A DNA stretch of 64,000 bases from Octopus bimaculoides (Eukaryota), in the NCBI RefSeq assembly GCF_001194135.2, contig NC_068992.1, positions 53,126,780-53,190,779 on the forward strand, in the 5' to 3' direction. The notes below the pieces were generated by a model that was not told where the DNA came from, made no database searches, and was given only the letters and a program-made list of their open reading frames with translations. The position numbers and the translations under genes are program-made. Of this stretch, positions 26,134 to 39,633 are shown piece after piece (the first letter of the stretch is position 1; every line of letters starts with the position of its first letter).

Positions 26134-26145
26134 AACAATATATAT

Positions 26146-26666
26146 AGAAAGAGTGAAGAAGACTTCTCTACCTACACACGCAGAGTCAACAAGGAGTGTG
26201 AGAGATTTAGTCTGTGAGTGATTTAGAGATGCACGTGAAAAAAGATTATCCGTATAAAAACGCAGAATGTTTTCACTCCGGGTTTACAGGACATATAAAA
26301 TCGCATGGCAAACCTAAAATGATAGGCAAATGGAACATACAAGGAAAAATAATAAACTAAGATTGTATTCAGACTTCTCAACCGGAATAAACGACTTTTA
26401 ATTTAAAATCAAACAAAATTACCCACTACGAAACCAAGAAGTAGTATTTGCTAAACTTAACGGAGTAAAAATTGTCGAAGTTAAACCTCTCAGAGGCCTA
26501 CCTTCAAATTCAGTTACAGGAAGATTGCACACATCTACTAACAATCAACTCACAACGTGGATTGTACAACTTCAAACGACTGCTGTTTCGAGTAAAAGTG
26601 GCACTCGCCATATTCAAACAAATAATGGATGCGATGTTAACTGATTACGACTTCCTCATCGCATAA
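26146..26666 (+). mobile_element. Ty3/Gypsy LTR retrotransposon relic (gag, zinc-knuckle and RT fragments)
   Basis: Three remnants: gag-like RKSEEDFSTYTRRVNKECERF; knuckle-like YPYKNAECFHSGFTGH; and RT KLRLYSDFSTGIND...NYPL...FAKLNG/SKLNLSEAYLQI...LTINSQRGLYNFKRLLFRVKVALAIFKQIMDAML. It ends just before YLDD. Confidence 0.9.
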
Positions 26667-26760
26667 TCTATCGGTCCGTTTCGCTGAACCGCTACGATAC
26701 GGGGATATAAACGCACCAGCACCGGTTGTCAAGTGATGGTCGAGGAACAGACACAGACAT

Positions 26761-26852
<92 letters not shown>

Positions 26853-26997
26853 GTCAGGCATCTTTCAGTTTCCGTGTATCAAGTCCTATCACAAGGACCT
26901 GGTCGGACCGACACTTGCACAAGGTACCGCGCAGTGGGACTAAACACAGAACCTTGTGGTTGGTAAGCAAGCTGCTTACGACATAATCACGCCTGCT
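26667..26997 (-). mobile_element. SINE family A with expanded internal (TA)n
   Basis: Head GTGGTTGGTAAGCAAGCTGCTTAC, body TCTTTCAGTTTCCG and internal (TA)n 26769-26850. Confidence 0.9.
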
Positions 26998-28077
26998 TCT
27001 ATAGACACAAATATATACATATACATGGGTGTGTTATATAATTATCCAATAATTATCTGTGCGAGCGGAAATATTTAGAATCCAAATAGATTCAAAGTGA
27101 TTTTTATTAATAATCCGTGACGAAAATAAATTTATCTAGATCACTATTTAATATCTAAATCGAAACCCGTGTTCTTTGTTTCGCCTCATATATATTGCGC
27201 TTGATCTTACAAACTTCATAATGCAAGACGTATTTTTTTTCTTTTTCGAATGCTTCCACAGCTATTGTTCTAAGGAAGAAATATTTCATAATTCAACTCT
27301 TTAATGGCATTCTAATATTTTACTACATCAATTTTATAAGTATTTTCACATTGCTATATCACTTTGAGAACACGCTGTCATCTGACTGACAGAAACAAAG
27401 GGACATTTTCTCCAAAGTAAACGATATTATGAAATTGATGACTTATATTATGGAGAAAACTCATATTCATAAAGTGCAATGTTACAAAACATTAATTGAA
27501 AAATATAACATTTGTATTATATATTGCTGACATCTGTTCAGGGACTCAAAGCATGCATTATCTATAGTTAACTTTATTCCTTATTGCTGAGTATATGATA
27601 TCACATTAGTTTTTGCAGAACATATATTATCATCAAATAGCATAAATATGTTATATAAGTAAGCTATATTGATATCATTTTAAATCAAGTGAATAAGAAA
27701 CGAAGCCATAAAAATGCATAGACAAGAACCCCGCACACAAGCATTTGTGTGTATTTGTGTGTGTGTGTCTGCGCGTGCGCGCGCGTATGTATGTGTGTGT
27801 TTGTGCGAGTGTTTGCGTATGTGTGTGTTTGCTTATTGGCACAAACACACACACAGAAGTACGCTTAAGCCAACGCTTTTTTAAGTGTCGATATATTTCA
27901 AATTTGCAATTTTCATGTATTTGTCCAATATTAATAGTTAGCCGAATATTCTAGAACGAATAACAATTCACAATACGTTTGAAATGAAATATCGGATATG
28001 AATCACTTTGAAGAGGTTTACGTATAAACTTCTTGCTCCTTGGGTCACTTTCAATGCAGGTCAAATCTGAAATATAT

Positions 28078-28737
28078 ATGCAAGATTGGGCTGAAAAGTT
28101 CATACGCTAACATTCAAGAAGGAATCCTAGAGCTGCGAAATCTTGCATGCATCTGTTTGAAGCCCTTCTTATTGATTACTACATTGTTTCCTTTCAAGTG
28201 AAATGTTATCTGATTTTGCAAAGAAGGCTTCAAGAATAACTATTAGTGACCTGTCTTGAAACTGAACAACATGCGGCACCATAGTATTATCAAGTGTTTG
28301 CAGAAAAAGGGTTCAACTTCGAACGACATTCGTGCTCATATCGTTGCTACATTAGGGAACGATGCTCCAGCTTTGTCGACAGTACAAAGTTTAGAAGGGA
28401 AGGGAGAATCTTGAAGACGACTTAAGAAATGACCGTCCAGCACCGACGAGGAAAACGTTGACTTTTTTTACCACATGGTGCCAGATGGCAAGTGTTTGAC
28501 TATACATCAGACAGATAATGCTATTAGCATCTCCCGTGAGAGAGTTAAGACGTTTCTGCAGAATGAAATAGGCATAAGGAACTCTTCTGATCGGTGGGTT
28601 AAACATCTTCTAACACCTGATTAAACGCGCATGAGGGTGATGAATTGATCCCATGTAAGGAACCTGACCTTCCTTCAGGCAGATCCAGATAGTTTCTTTA
28701 AACGTTTCTAAACACAAGACGAGTGTTTGGTTCATAA
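28078..28737 (+). mobile_element. Mariner element 5' part with transposase pseudogene
   Basis: TIR-like GGGCTGAAAAGTTCATACGCT. Translates HSIIKCLQKKG...ATLGNDAPALSTVQ.../GRENLEDD...ISISRERV...RWVKHLLTPD...QADPDSFFKRF*TQDECLVH, i.e. the HTH, the WVPxxL linker and the first catalytic D. Confidence 0.9.
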
Positions 28738-29289
28738 CATATATATGTGTGTGTGTGTGTGTGTGTAAACCTCACATTCATTCAAATGTATGTATAGAAC
28801 ATAATAATTCCACGTTCTTAATTTTAGTAATCATATAAATAGGGGCGAGATTCTTAATTTCAGTAATCACATACGTGCATGGAACTCAGATTATATCTTA
28901 AAAGATCTGATGCAACATCTTGTGGGTATGTACCAAGCATTTTAGAAGGTAATTAAGGAATTCAGAATGCATGAGAGAATAATTGAGACTATATTATTTG
29001 CCCCATTTGTAATACATGACAATAGCAATAGACAGTTGCAAAAGTTAGCAGTTTTCTTAAGTCCTTATGCAGATAACTTCTGCCTGTTTGGTTTTTGTGT
29101 ATATTTCTGCCATATTTTCATGTGTATTTGAGTATGAAATCCTATTAGTGATATTTCAACTATCATAGATATAAAGAGAGAAATATATAGATATAGCAGA
29201 TGGAAATGAGAGGTTAGTACAAGGTGAACATGAGATGAAGTGAGAAAACATATGTGATACATAATTTATAGGGAAATACATGAACTCAA

Positions 29290-29560
29290 GACAAAATACT
29301 GTAACAGAGAAAGAGTCAGAACTACTCAAACAGAGAAAAAGCGCGGCAGATAAATTTTATATGAAAGCCAGGAGTACCTTAGAGAGTTGGAATAAAGGAA
29401 ATATAAAGACTGAAATTAAAATACGTATGTGCGAAAGAGACATAGAAATTGTGTATGGCATATTAACTCGATAAGAAGGAGAAGACTGGAAAGGAGTCTA
29501 TTTGAAAGATCAAGTGAGGAATATAAACTGAGACAGAAACTGGAAGTAGTACATCTACGA
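29290..29560 (+). mobile_element. Possible RTE-clade LINE RT C-terminal relic
   Basis: KARSTLESWNKGNIKTEIKIRM resembles ARxAFxxLxxxWxxxxIxxxTKxR. Very decayed. Confidence 0.4.
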
Positions 29561-29860
29561 ACGTGGGTTTGCCCTTCGACTCTGGTTCGCGTGTTTTTAA
29601 TGGTACGTGTATTGTGTATGACTTTGTGCGCACATGGTTTTATTAAACTGTCGATATGGATTTGTGCATACATGTTTCGAGTTATACGTTTATTTATTTG
29701 TTTATGTGATCGTATTTTGTGTGTCTGGAACGAAATTGGTATTTGCAACTATGAATTTTAATAGGAATTAAATAGATACAAGAAGAGAAAATAAGAGATT
29801 AAATTTGAATGATAGAAAGAGTGAGGATTCCTGAGAATATATACATGCATGCATGCATAC

Positions 29861-29897
<37 letters not shown>

Positions 29898-29994
29898 NNN
29901 NNNNNNNTACTGTATGCGAGCGCTTTTGTGCATAAATGAGTACCATTATGTATAAGTGTAAAATTGTCTGTACATGCTTATACCCAAGCACGCT

Positions 29995-30057
29995 TACGTG
30001 TGTGTGTGTACGTGTGTGTTTGAGTATGTATGTGTGTGTGTATGTGTATGCGTGTGT

Positions 30058-30116
<59 letters not shown>
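29995..30116. repeat. (TG)n microsatellite
   Basis: Direct reading. Confidence 0.95.
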
Positions 30117-30118
<2 letters not shown>

Positions 30119-30852
30119 TTTCACTGAATGAATGAATGAAATCATTGGCAAACATGAACTTTAATAGGAATTCGGAAAGGCAGAATTAATGTAAATAATA
30201 ATTCATAAGTGACCATGAATATATTATATACAGCGCACAGACAGATGTCTAACAGATACTTGTAAACCCATATATATATTTCTATGAATGCGTGGACACA
30301 AACACACTAACCCACATATGCGCAAACACACTGAAAAACGAACACATATACTCATATTCATATGGATACTCATCACTCATGACTATATGTAAACATCCAT
30401 TAACGTACACGCAAAGAGAAGCAATAATGATTGCACATCGCCTCATGCATAGACATATACAAAATCGTAAGCGTACAAATAAATAAAATGGACATAAGAG
30501 ACACACACGTCTATCTATTTATCTATTTAACTATCTGTCTAGATATATATATATATATATATANNNNNNNNNNNNNNNNNNNNNNNNNNNNNNNNNNNNN
30601 NNNNNNNNNNNNNNNNNNNNNNNNNNNNNNNNNNNNNNNNNNNNNNNNNNNNNNNNNNNNNNNNNNNNNNNNNNNNNNNNNNNNNNNNNNNNNNNNNNNN
30701 NNNNNNNNNNNNNNNNNNNNNNNNNNNNNNNNNNNNNNNNNNNNNNNNNNNNNNNNNNNNNNNNNNNNNNNNNNNNNNNNNNNNNNNNNNNNNNNNNNNN
30801 NNNNNNNNNNNNNNNNNNNNNNNNNNNNNNNNNNNNNNNNNNNNNNNNNTAT

Positions 30853-31050
30853 ATATAATACAAAATGGGACAAGAACCCCAAAATCCAGACAGGTGATAC
30901 AAAAAAGGGACAACAAACCATCCAGATAGACGATATACAGAAAACCGGGACAGGTCATTCGGAGTTTTCTTTCTTCAGTCGAGATCCACATTATCTTTGC
31001 AATTTCGGCTGGTTATTCTCGATATTGCTCCAATCTGGTCTAAGCGATAA
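30853..31050. mobile_element. End of an unclassified repeat abutting a (TA)n gap, possibly Penelope-like
   Basis: Complex block with three internal GGGACA / ATCCAGA sub-repeats starting right after (TA)n. The class assignment is from recollection only. Confidence 0.4.
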
Positions 31051-31384
31051 GAGTTTCCGTTATACTATCGGTATAATTACCTATGTTAACCCTGGACGTA
31101 CAAGTGCAAGCATATTATTCTCATAGGTTGCAGGTAATGACAAAGATTAATATGAGTTTATCAGGAATCAAATTTAAACTAAACAGAAAATAGAGAATAT
31201 TGATCAACAACAATTGACTTAAATCAATTATTATTTGTTATTTCAATACAAATAGACTGTATGCCATCTAACAGCTGTTTCTGCTTCCAGTAGTTATATG
31301 GTATTGGCATTTAAAATTCTAAAAATAATATTCATCATATTTGGTAAAACGTCCGATCTGGAACATGTTAGATAGGATACAGTC

Positions 31385-31560
31385 TATTTGACCTCGAAAT
31401 AACCAGTCCGAAACTTTGACACCCAGATTTTCACTTTGTAGTAGGATGGGCAACCACCCTACTTCAAGACTTCCCTGATTTCGCCATGGATTTTGTCACT
31501 CCTTTGTTTTGCAAAAAGAGCAACTTCATGACCACCCGATATATTTATGGTATCATATTG
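31385..31560 (-). mobile_element. Mariner transposase N-terminal (HTH) relic
   Basis: Minus strand YRVVMKLLFLQNKG/IHGEIREVLK*GGCPSYYKVKIWVSKFRTGYFEV. Confidence 0.8.
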
Positions 31561-32540
31561 ACTGGAAACTATCTAACAAAATATAAAGCATGGTTAGTAA
31601 GATCTAAAGAGACATAAGCTAATTCGTATACACAAGAGGTCTTCAGGTCGCATTTCCGCGGGAAACTACAGGTTTCAGTGTAGAGATGTTATGCTAGCGT
31701 AAATGGAGGCTGACCGGATGTAGTGTGTTTATCAATCGGTTATATGCACAACGGAACACAAGCATAAAGAAGCAGTTATCAAGTATGAATATAGTTTATA
31801 AAATATTTGTACTTATTTTGAAGATAAATGCAAATATACTTAAAGGAAATGTGTGTGTGTGCGTGCGTGCGTGCGTCATGAAGTCAGAAAGAGCTAGGAC
31901 TACACAATGCAAGGGGCTAAATATAAGTGCTTTGAGTTCCAAAGCACCATTAAAGAGGAAAAAGCATTCAGTTATGCTAACTCACTTTCAGTATCCGTGT
32001 GTTTTCATAGGTATGTATAATCATACACACACTTCATAGATGCACATACACACATACACAGAATCTGATACACACACACACATATATACTTACATATGCG
32101 CATACATATGAATATATGTCTATATGTACATACACAAAAATACGTATATACAATTAATCAATGCAACATCCCCATACAATCTGTGCTGAATCAGGATGAA
32201 CTTAGTAAAACGTTACTCAATGACAGACGATGTTAATATACTTGCACAGCTGATGAAATTATTTAGTGAAACCAGCATCCGAAGATGTAACATATGAACA
32301 TTACCATACTTTTCGTGTTACTGAAAGCAAGGGAAATGAAGCTTGTGACATTAATAGCTAAAAGATCATTATCTTAATAGCATTACTTATATTCTTGTTA
32401 CTGGTGATCATTGCAATAAAAATATTAATACAGTTGATATTACATCTATTGTATTACTTCGTAGTCTAGAAATGTTTTGGAATCTGTCACAGCAGGATTT
32501 TGAATACATTGTATACCAGCAGAACATGATAACACCAACA

Positions 32541-32710
32541 TATTCTTTTCTACTCTAGGCAGAAGGCTTGAATTTTTTGTTGAGGGGGCCAGTCGATTAG
32601 ATCGACCCTAGTACGCAAATTATACTTAATTTACCAAGACTGAAAGGATGAAAGGCAGAGTCGACCTCGGCGGAATTGGAACTTAGTACGTAAAGGTCGA
32701 CTGCTGCTAA
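32541..32710 (-). mobile_element. SINE family B
   Basis: TATTCTTTTCTACTCTAGGC...GGGGGCCAGTCGATTAGATCGACCC...GAAAGGATGAAAGGCAGAGTCGACCTCGGCGGAATT. Confidence 0.9.
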
Positions 32711-32739
32711 TGTATTGCAAATATTCATAAATAACATTT

Positions 32740-33159
32740 GTGAATTACCGGTAAAGTTTTGAGAAATCGCATTCGAAAAGATCTCGCGTATCGGTAGCAC
32801 TATATTCTCCCAAAGTTCTATTCTCTTCACAGCTGAACTTGCTGAAAGTCTGATACTTCCAATCAAATCGACTTCCTCAGGACACAAGTCATTTACTTCT
32901 TCCATCATATACTCTTTGATGAAGCTGCAGTTAGTACAATGTTTTGCCTCGCTCTGCCATCCTATGACCTATTTTGTAACTTGTACGAGTGATAGATCCT
33001 TTTCAGCAAACATTCACATGAAGAGAATGGTTAAACGCAGCAACGCAAGTTAAAACACAATCGCTGCAGGAATGAAATCTCATTGCAAGTACTTACACAA
33101 AAGATGCTGTTAAGTGGCGAGCCGGATCGGGCCCGCGGACTGTAGTTTGGTGAGCTCTG
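32740..33159 (-). mobile_element. hAT (Buster/Charlie/Spin-like) deletion derivative: 5' terminus plus transposase fragment
   Basis: Minus-strand terminus CAGAGCTCACCAAACTACAGTCCGCGGGCCCGATCCGGCTCGCC. Peptide SYKIGHRMAERGK/..FIKEYMMEEVNDLCPEEVDLIGSIRLSASSAVKRIE resembles the GTF2IRD2/Spin-type transposase. Confidence 0.8.
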
Positions 33160-36100
33160 GCATAGACTTACAGGGGCTATGAACAATGTGCGTAGGGAGA
33201 CTATTATGACACCTAGTTGATATATTCCCTCTTCTGAAACTTAGATTATCTTTTTCACAACAATTTTACGTTGTATCATACTGAAAATACCAACTGTGAG
33301 TAGATATTTAAACGTAAATATACATTTTTGGTACAAAGTTCTACGAAGGGAAGCGAGTGAAATACCTGCAGTATTTGGCATTTCTTTTTATCTTCTTTAC
33401 AATTCAGAAATTTATTACTCATCATTCAATACTTGATATCTTTAGACTTCTAAATAGATCATATTCTAGCGTCCGAGATATTTTACTTTTAGTAACATTA
33501 CAATTAACAACATTAACAACAACAACAACAACAGTAATTCAGAGAAAATGTTCTAATGACTGTTGTAATAATGTACAGTAAAATGAAGCAATTATTGCTA
33601 TATACCAGCGGCACCTGAAATAGCTTCGTGTTGGTGTATAAAGAACGAAAAGAAAAGCGTTGAACATTCAGAAATATATTATAATTCAGATGTAAGATCT
33701 GTCATTAGAAAGAACTGTTGAAATATTTAAATCCTAATGCCATTCAATCAGATATGTACATTCTAAGATTATGTTGGTGTCAGCACAGAGGAATATTTTG
33801 AATTGGATCGTTGCCAATTCAGATCTGGCACTATTTCTTGTTCCAAGAGGTAAAAATGCAAATACTGACTCCAAATTTGAGTATCAAAAACGTGTTTTTG
33901 CATTTCATGAAATAAATACATTATAATGGATCAGATATTCTAGGGCTATTCTCAAAAGAATGAAACGAAAGACGAATAACCAGTATTCGAAATAGAAGGA
34001 ATTTTTGATTGAATAAATTTCAAGTAAAGTTAGATGAATGTAAAACAGGTTACATACAAGAGAAATAGAATTACACACACTTTCTCACACATACATATAT
34101 GCGTGCGTGTGTAATGATATGCATATCCATATTGTTGATGCTATTAAAGAGCGAAACTGGAAACATATAAACGTAAAGAAATAATGATACATGTGGATTT
34201 GTGTATAAGTAAGAATACGATACATGAGAAAATAGTGAAGCACGTTGATGTCAAATATCAGATTCTGTAATACTACACACATCTGCTCCGAATTTGTAAA
34301 AAAAAATATGGCGCTTAAAATATGAGACACAATGTAATCAGACAATATAATCAGACGTTTCGAAGCACTAAAACTTCGAAAATGCAAATAGCTGAATTGC
34401 AATAAAACACATTCATAATAGGTTAATAGAGTGAATAATATAACCAAAATTCAAGTATCTTTAATACTGATCGCCCCAACGACGTCAAGTGTCGCAATTA
34501 ACTATAATCTATTAAGCATCATAGAATCACCTCATATTCGCTTCGTGAGTGTTTTCTTGTTATTAGGTGCTATGGTGCAAATAGCATTCGTTTTGCTGCA
34601 TAGTCTTGATTTTTTTTAATCTGTCAAGCTACAACTGATTAATCATTATATTGTGTTGTTGTCAGACGCAATTTGTGTTATGTCTGTGTTTAGAAACTTA
34701 CATAAGAATACAGATGTTAAACAGGTGCAAATTTTCAAAAGAAATAGTTGATGCAAATCTTCAAACCAAAAGTTGAGCATGCTTGCTGAGTTATTTATAA
34801 AAAATACCGACAATTATGAATGATATTTTTTTCTCTAAGTTTATCGAGATTCCTCAAACACATTCGACAATATATTATGTGCGAGAATCCTGGTAAGATT
34901 ATTGAATGACGTTTATTTATTGTCTCTGGCTTTCTCAGAGTAATTCGGCTTAATCGTTGCAGTTCAACTCATGATTTTCGTTAGGTATAAAAGCTTTGTA
35001 TAAGACAACACATTAGGTGTTGTCTCATGAAAGGAACTTTTGTAAATAAACGACGACGAGTTGAAATGCTGATATGAACCGGGAGATATTTAGTCCTATT
35101 CCTGAGATATAATGTACTGCTGCCTATGTATATAAACGTTCATACTGACAGTGCTTTTCCTCACAGTTCCCCCTTCAAAAGTATGACAATATGCCATTTG
35201 TGAAACAGGGAAACCCTAGAGAGAAACGTGTCGAAAGCACCATTTAGTGGTATCGAATGGGATTCTATATATCCATGACTTTTCACAAAAGCAGAAATAA
35301 ATAATAGTCTGAAACTTATTTGGTGTAGCAAATTTGAGTTTATTCTATAATATCATGTGAAATCAGGCTCTTCATCCTTATTTGAAGTTCATCTACTTGA
35401 CTTAAATTAAACACAACCGTATATATTACTGCTATGTATATCAGTACCAATAGATAAAGAAATGGAAAGCATCAGTGAAGACATTTCTAGAAACCTGAAA
35501 TCAGGTACAAAGTTAACGCAACTAAATGCTGCAAATATATTTGGAAATGACACTTAACTGTTTTTACGAAATAGTCGGCAGCTAGCAAATGCAAATCAAA
35601 TTATCGATAGTCAAGGAAAAATCGATAAAATCTTCAAATATGTACACGATGACACGGCTGCAACCGAGCTACAATGGCGGAAACATTTTAATTCAAAACC
35701 GTAATTTAAGTACTTAACCACACCTCTATGTTCTAGCCTTCTCGTTCCATTAGGCTTCATTCGTGCATCCAATATTGTGGCTGATTTTATAACATGTCGT
35801 TCGTATTATTGCTTCTCATCTAATTCTATTCACAACACGAATCTGCTGCAAATATTTGAAAAGTAGATTTTCATCTACATGAAGTGTTTCGGATAACATT
35901 TTAATAAAATGTATTTGTCATATGAGAATACTTTACTTTCAAATGCAGATAACTATCAGTATTTTTAGTCTCTTCTTTTAAATTTATTAGTAATATTGTA
36001 TTTTAGTATTAGCCTACAACACTTACACTCTCTTCACACATGTGTTAACGTGCACAGAAGTATTTTTTCCTCGTTATACTACACATATAGATGATGATTA

Positions 36101-37100
36101 TGATAAAAATCATGAATATCTAAGGTTGTTGGTAACAAGATCATTCAGGTATCAGTTCAATTTTGAGGCTCTGTGATGTTTCACAGCATACCTGATGCAA
36201 ACAGTTCTCGTTTCATAGACAGAAAGTACATTTGGCAGACCAACGGCTCTTTATATCTCTCCCATGATCTAGAGCTGGAAAACGAATGGTTCTATAGCTT
36301 CTACTGAAGGCATTCGGTTGTGGGATTTTTGCTAATGCTGGTGAAGATGGCGAAAACCCTGCTAAGATATAGGAGCCAGTCTTTGCCAAATAAAGTGCAC
36401 GACTTGACCGTTATTATATGTGCCATGGTCACATGGCACATATAACATGCTGCCTATATAATGTGCTGCTTATAAAACTTCAGTTTTATATATACTCCTT
36501 GTGATTTTGCATTCATCGCAGTAAAATAAGATGTATACGCACTGCTTTACTTCTTCACCTTAGCCTTTCTCTGTATGATTTACTTATAGGCAGCACGTAA
36601 GAGTTTGGCGAAATCATCCCTTCTGTACCACAAAATTGTATTCACTATGAGAGAAAAAGGCTTGAAGACAAACACAATTCTCGCACAAGATTTTCATTAA
36701 CACTGTTTGTGGTTTTTAAATACTTCCAGATGTACTGCATCATGCAAACATCCCTTAACGAATTGTCAAATCGTAGTGATAAATTGATCAAACTAACTGC
36801 ATTTAGTTATGATTTTCCCGAATCTCTTAAACGGCTGAATCGCTCAAATGTCTTTCCACACACGCAATGATTTCTCCTGATCAAAATCCAGTATACAAAA
36901 AAGTACATTAAGACATACATAAACATACACAGAAACACACGAATTTATATAATATAAATCAGAATATATATTTATATATGTGTGTGTGGATGTTTGAGGA
37001 CGTGTGTGAACATGAGGAAAACTATGTAAATGTATATGCATTCATGTATAAATATATGAATACAAATACACACACATATATGTACAAATATATGTATGAG

Positions 37101-37147
<47 letters not shown>

Positions 37148-37157
37148 NNNNNNNNNN

Positions 37158-37203
<46 letters not shown>

Positions 37204-39329
37204 TTATATAATATACATTTATATGATGCGGTATATGAATGTGTGCGTGCGTTGTCCATATATTTACAATAGGTTTATTAATAAAGACATATGAGAGTTT
37301 AAAACTTTAAGTAGATCTCATCAAATACATAAGTAGAACTGTCTATAGTATATAGAAGTATAGAGTTGAGTAGAAAGAAGACGTAACATTCTCTCTTATT
37401 GCCAAACTAGAAGTGTCAGTTTTTAAAACTTATATTTCACAAGGAGAAAAGACATTAACCTTATGTCAGGAATTATCCGAAACGCTTCGATAAGATAACT
37501 ACAATATAATCTTTATGAATTTGAGATTGATGCTTCTAATATAAGTTAATATAACTTTATAATTGAAAAGCGGTCAGACACCGAGACTGCTGAGTATTAA
37601 AGAACGACCTGAAATCAGGGAATTCTGTGAGATTATTTTGTTAATCTTGCAGACATACATATGAAAACCTTCAAAAATATATCATTATGTTCTTTTGCGT
37701 GAGCTAAATGTGAGGTTAAGCAGAAATAATGTAGTATTAAGATAGAATTACTTCCTTTTGGTAAAGTAAACCATTAATGAACCGAGACGTTACTCTTTCT
37801 TATATAGAGAGGGTAAGGAGAAAATCCATCTTGTATCTGAAAATTTACTTTTTGATCTTACGAACATAGAATCATTTACGTCGTTTCTTTCATTTGCATG
37901 TTTTTTATGTATTGTAATAAGTTGCATCAAAGTAGATAATGACTTGATTTCATAGCTAGGTTGACCTCTCTGATCTCCAGTCTGGCACCGATAATATGAT
38001 CCTTTCAACGGAGCTGTAATAGTAAAGTGCCAGTAAAGAGTAGCCTTCGGCGAATCAGTTTTAGCGAAGAGTAACGCTTGTCAGTAATCTACACCTAATG
38101 TACCACTCATAATGAAAATCTGACAGAAATTCTAGGTGACTGCCATATTCTATAATATCAAAGTTTTTACAAATTATTCCTTTCACAGAATTATATTGGT
38201 TAAAGTTCGCTTCGTCTGTTGCTTCACTTACAATCAATTACGCTTACAATCTACGTCATACCACTGAAACAGAAATGGTAGTATATATAGTGCGATCGTA
38301 TATATAGATAGATAGATCATTGCATATATACACTCTTACCTTCTGACCCTCGAAAGTTACGATTCAGAATGAAGTGGCTACTTCATGCATGTCAATTTTG
38401 CTTGCATTAAATATCATTAACATTTTCCATTATACATTTTTCATGTATTAGCTTTTATTTATACATTTGATACGAAAGTTGTAATACGTATACCGCTATT
38501 GATTGCTTTGAAAAGATGAAAGCAACAGGGGAATGGGTACCAATTCGTTACAGACACATGTATCCATATAGAAGCTTTAAAAATGTCATTTTCATTTACA
38601 TTTTAGATTTAGTGGGGCTATTTTCGAAAAATTCATCTTGCTTCTTGCATACGTATTGTTTAATGTATCAATGTTGTTTACCTCAGACTACGCCTTTATT
38701 CATTAGTTTTCTAATGAAAGGCATTTCAAAATTCTCTATATTGAACACAGTTTATATCATTTTAAAATGGGAGAATTGTATGGTAGAAAAGATATTTGGT
38801 TGGTATGTCTAGTTGGTTAATCAAATGATCATTTGCTATCTCACAATACTATCACGTCACAGTGAAGAGGAAATGGTTTATTTCTATCACTTTCATGAAA
38901 TAATCATCTGCCTTATAATACAGAAATCCCTTTCAATTATAACATAATTTCATAAAACGCATGACAATGTGAACTGAAAATTATTTCAGCTGCAATTCAA
39001 ACAATTAGTCTAAGCGTGTGGGTTCGGGTTTAGGGTGTCTGATGTACGATCATAATGTATGTTTAATTAGCAGAAGGCTCTCTGTACCTTTGATCAATGG
39101 GATTCATTTCATGTTCATCCAATCTAATTAATGTGAGGTTTCTGGCGCAGCTTTCATAATGGCGCTGCCTTAGTAGTGCCAGGACCTATGAATGCCACAA
39201 GTATTAAGATCTATTCATTAAAATGAAATGCTAAAGGAATTATATCAATTTATACATATCCAGTACGCTCAATTACTGTTAGGATTTTGAATATAAGGAA
39301 CATGAAGTATATGACTGGGTTAAATTAAC

Positions 39330-39430
39330 CTCGTGTCGCTCTTCGCTGAGTTTACTTATTTTACTGTATTTTAACGCAGGACATGCAGCCAGAAGAATGT
39401 TGCTGAGCATTTTGTCTTCCGCAGTAAATA
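39330..39430 (-). mobile_element. Degenerate SINE family B head
   Basis: GCTGAGCATTTTGTCTTCCGCAGTAAATATGCTGCCAACT resembles the reverse complement of the head. Confidence 0.45.
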
Positions 39431-39592
39431 TGCTGCCAACTAACCGCTTTACTATTTAATAAAAATTATTATTAATTTTAGCAATTCGTTTGGTGTGTGT
39501 TCGAGAGACATTTAAAAATTGTTTATCTCTTCCTTCCCATATGCTCTCGCTTATTCATTCACTTAATGAATACTTGTAAACAAACACACTCT

Positions 39593-39633
<41 letters not shown>

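Noticed and set aside
32245-32285. CTGATGA...GAAAC core (similarly CTGACGA...GAAA at ~49190)
   Set aside because: Helices I-III cannot be formed; expected by chance.
33768-33855. Open stretch DYVGVSTEEYFELDRCQFRSGTISCSK between AAG| and |GTAAAA
   Set aside because: Weak AAG acceptor, no recognisable homology; chance level in 64 kb.
35140-35250. Branch point plus strong acceptor CTGACAGTGCTTTTCCTCACAG| followed by FPLQKYDNMPFVKQGNPREKRVESTI*
   Set aside because: No convincing donor or homology; cannot be supported without RNA data.
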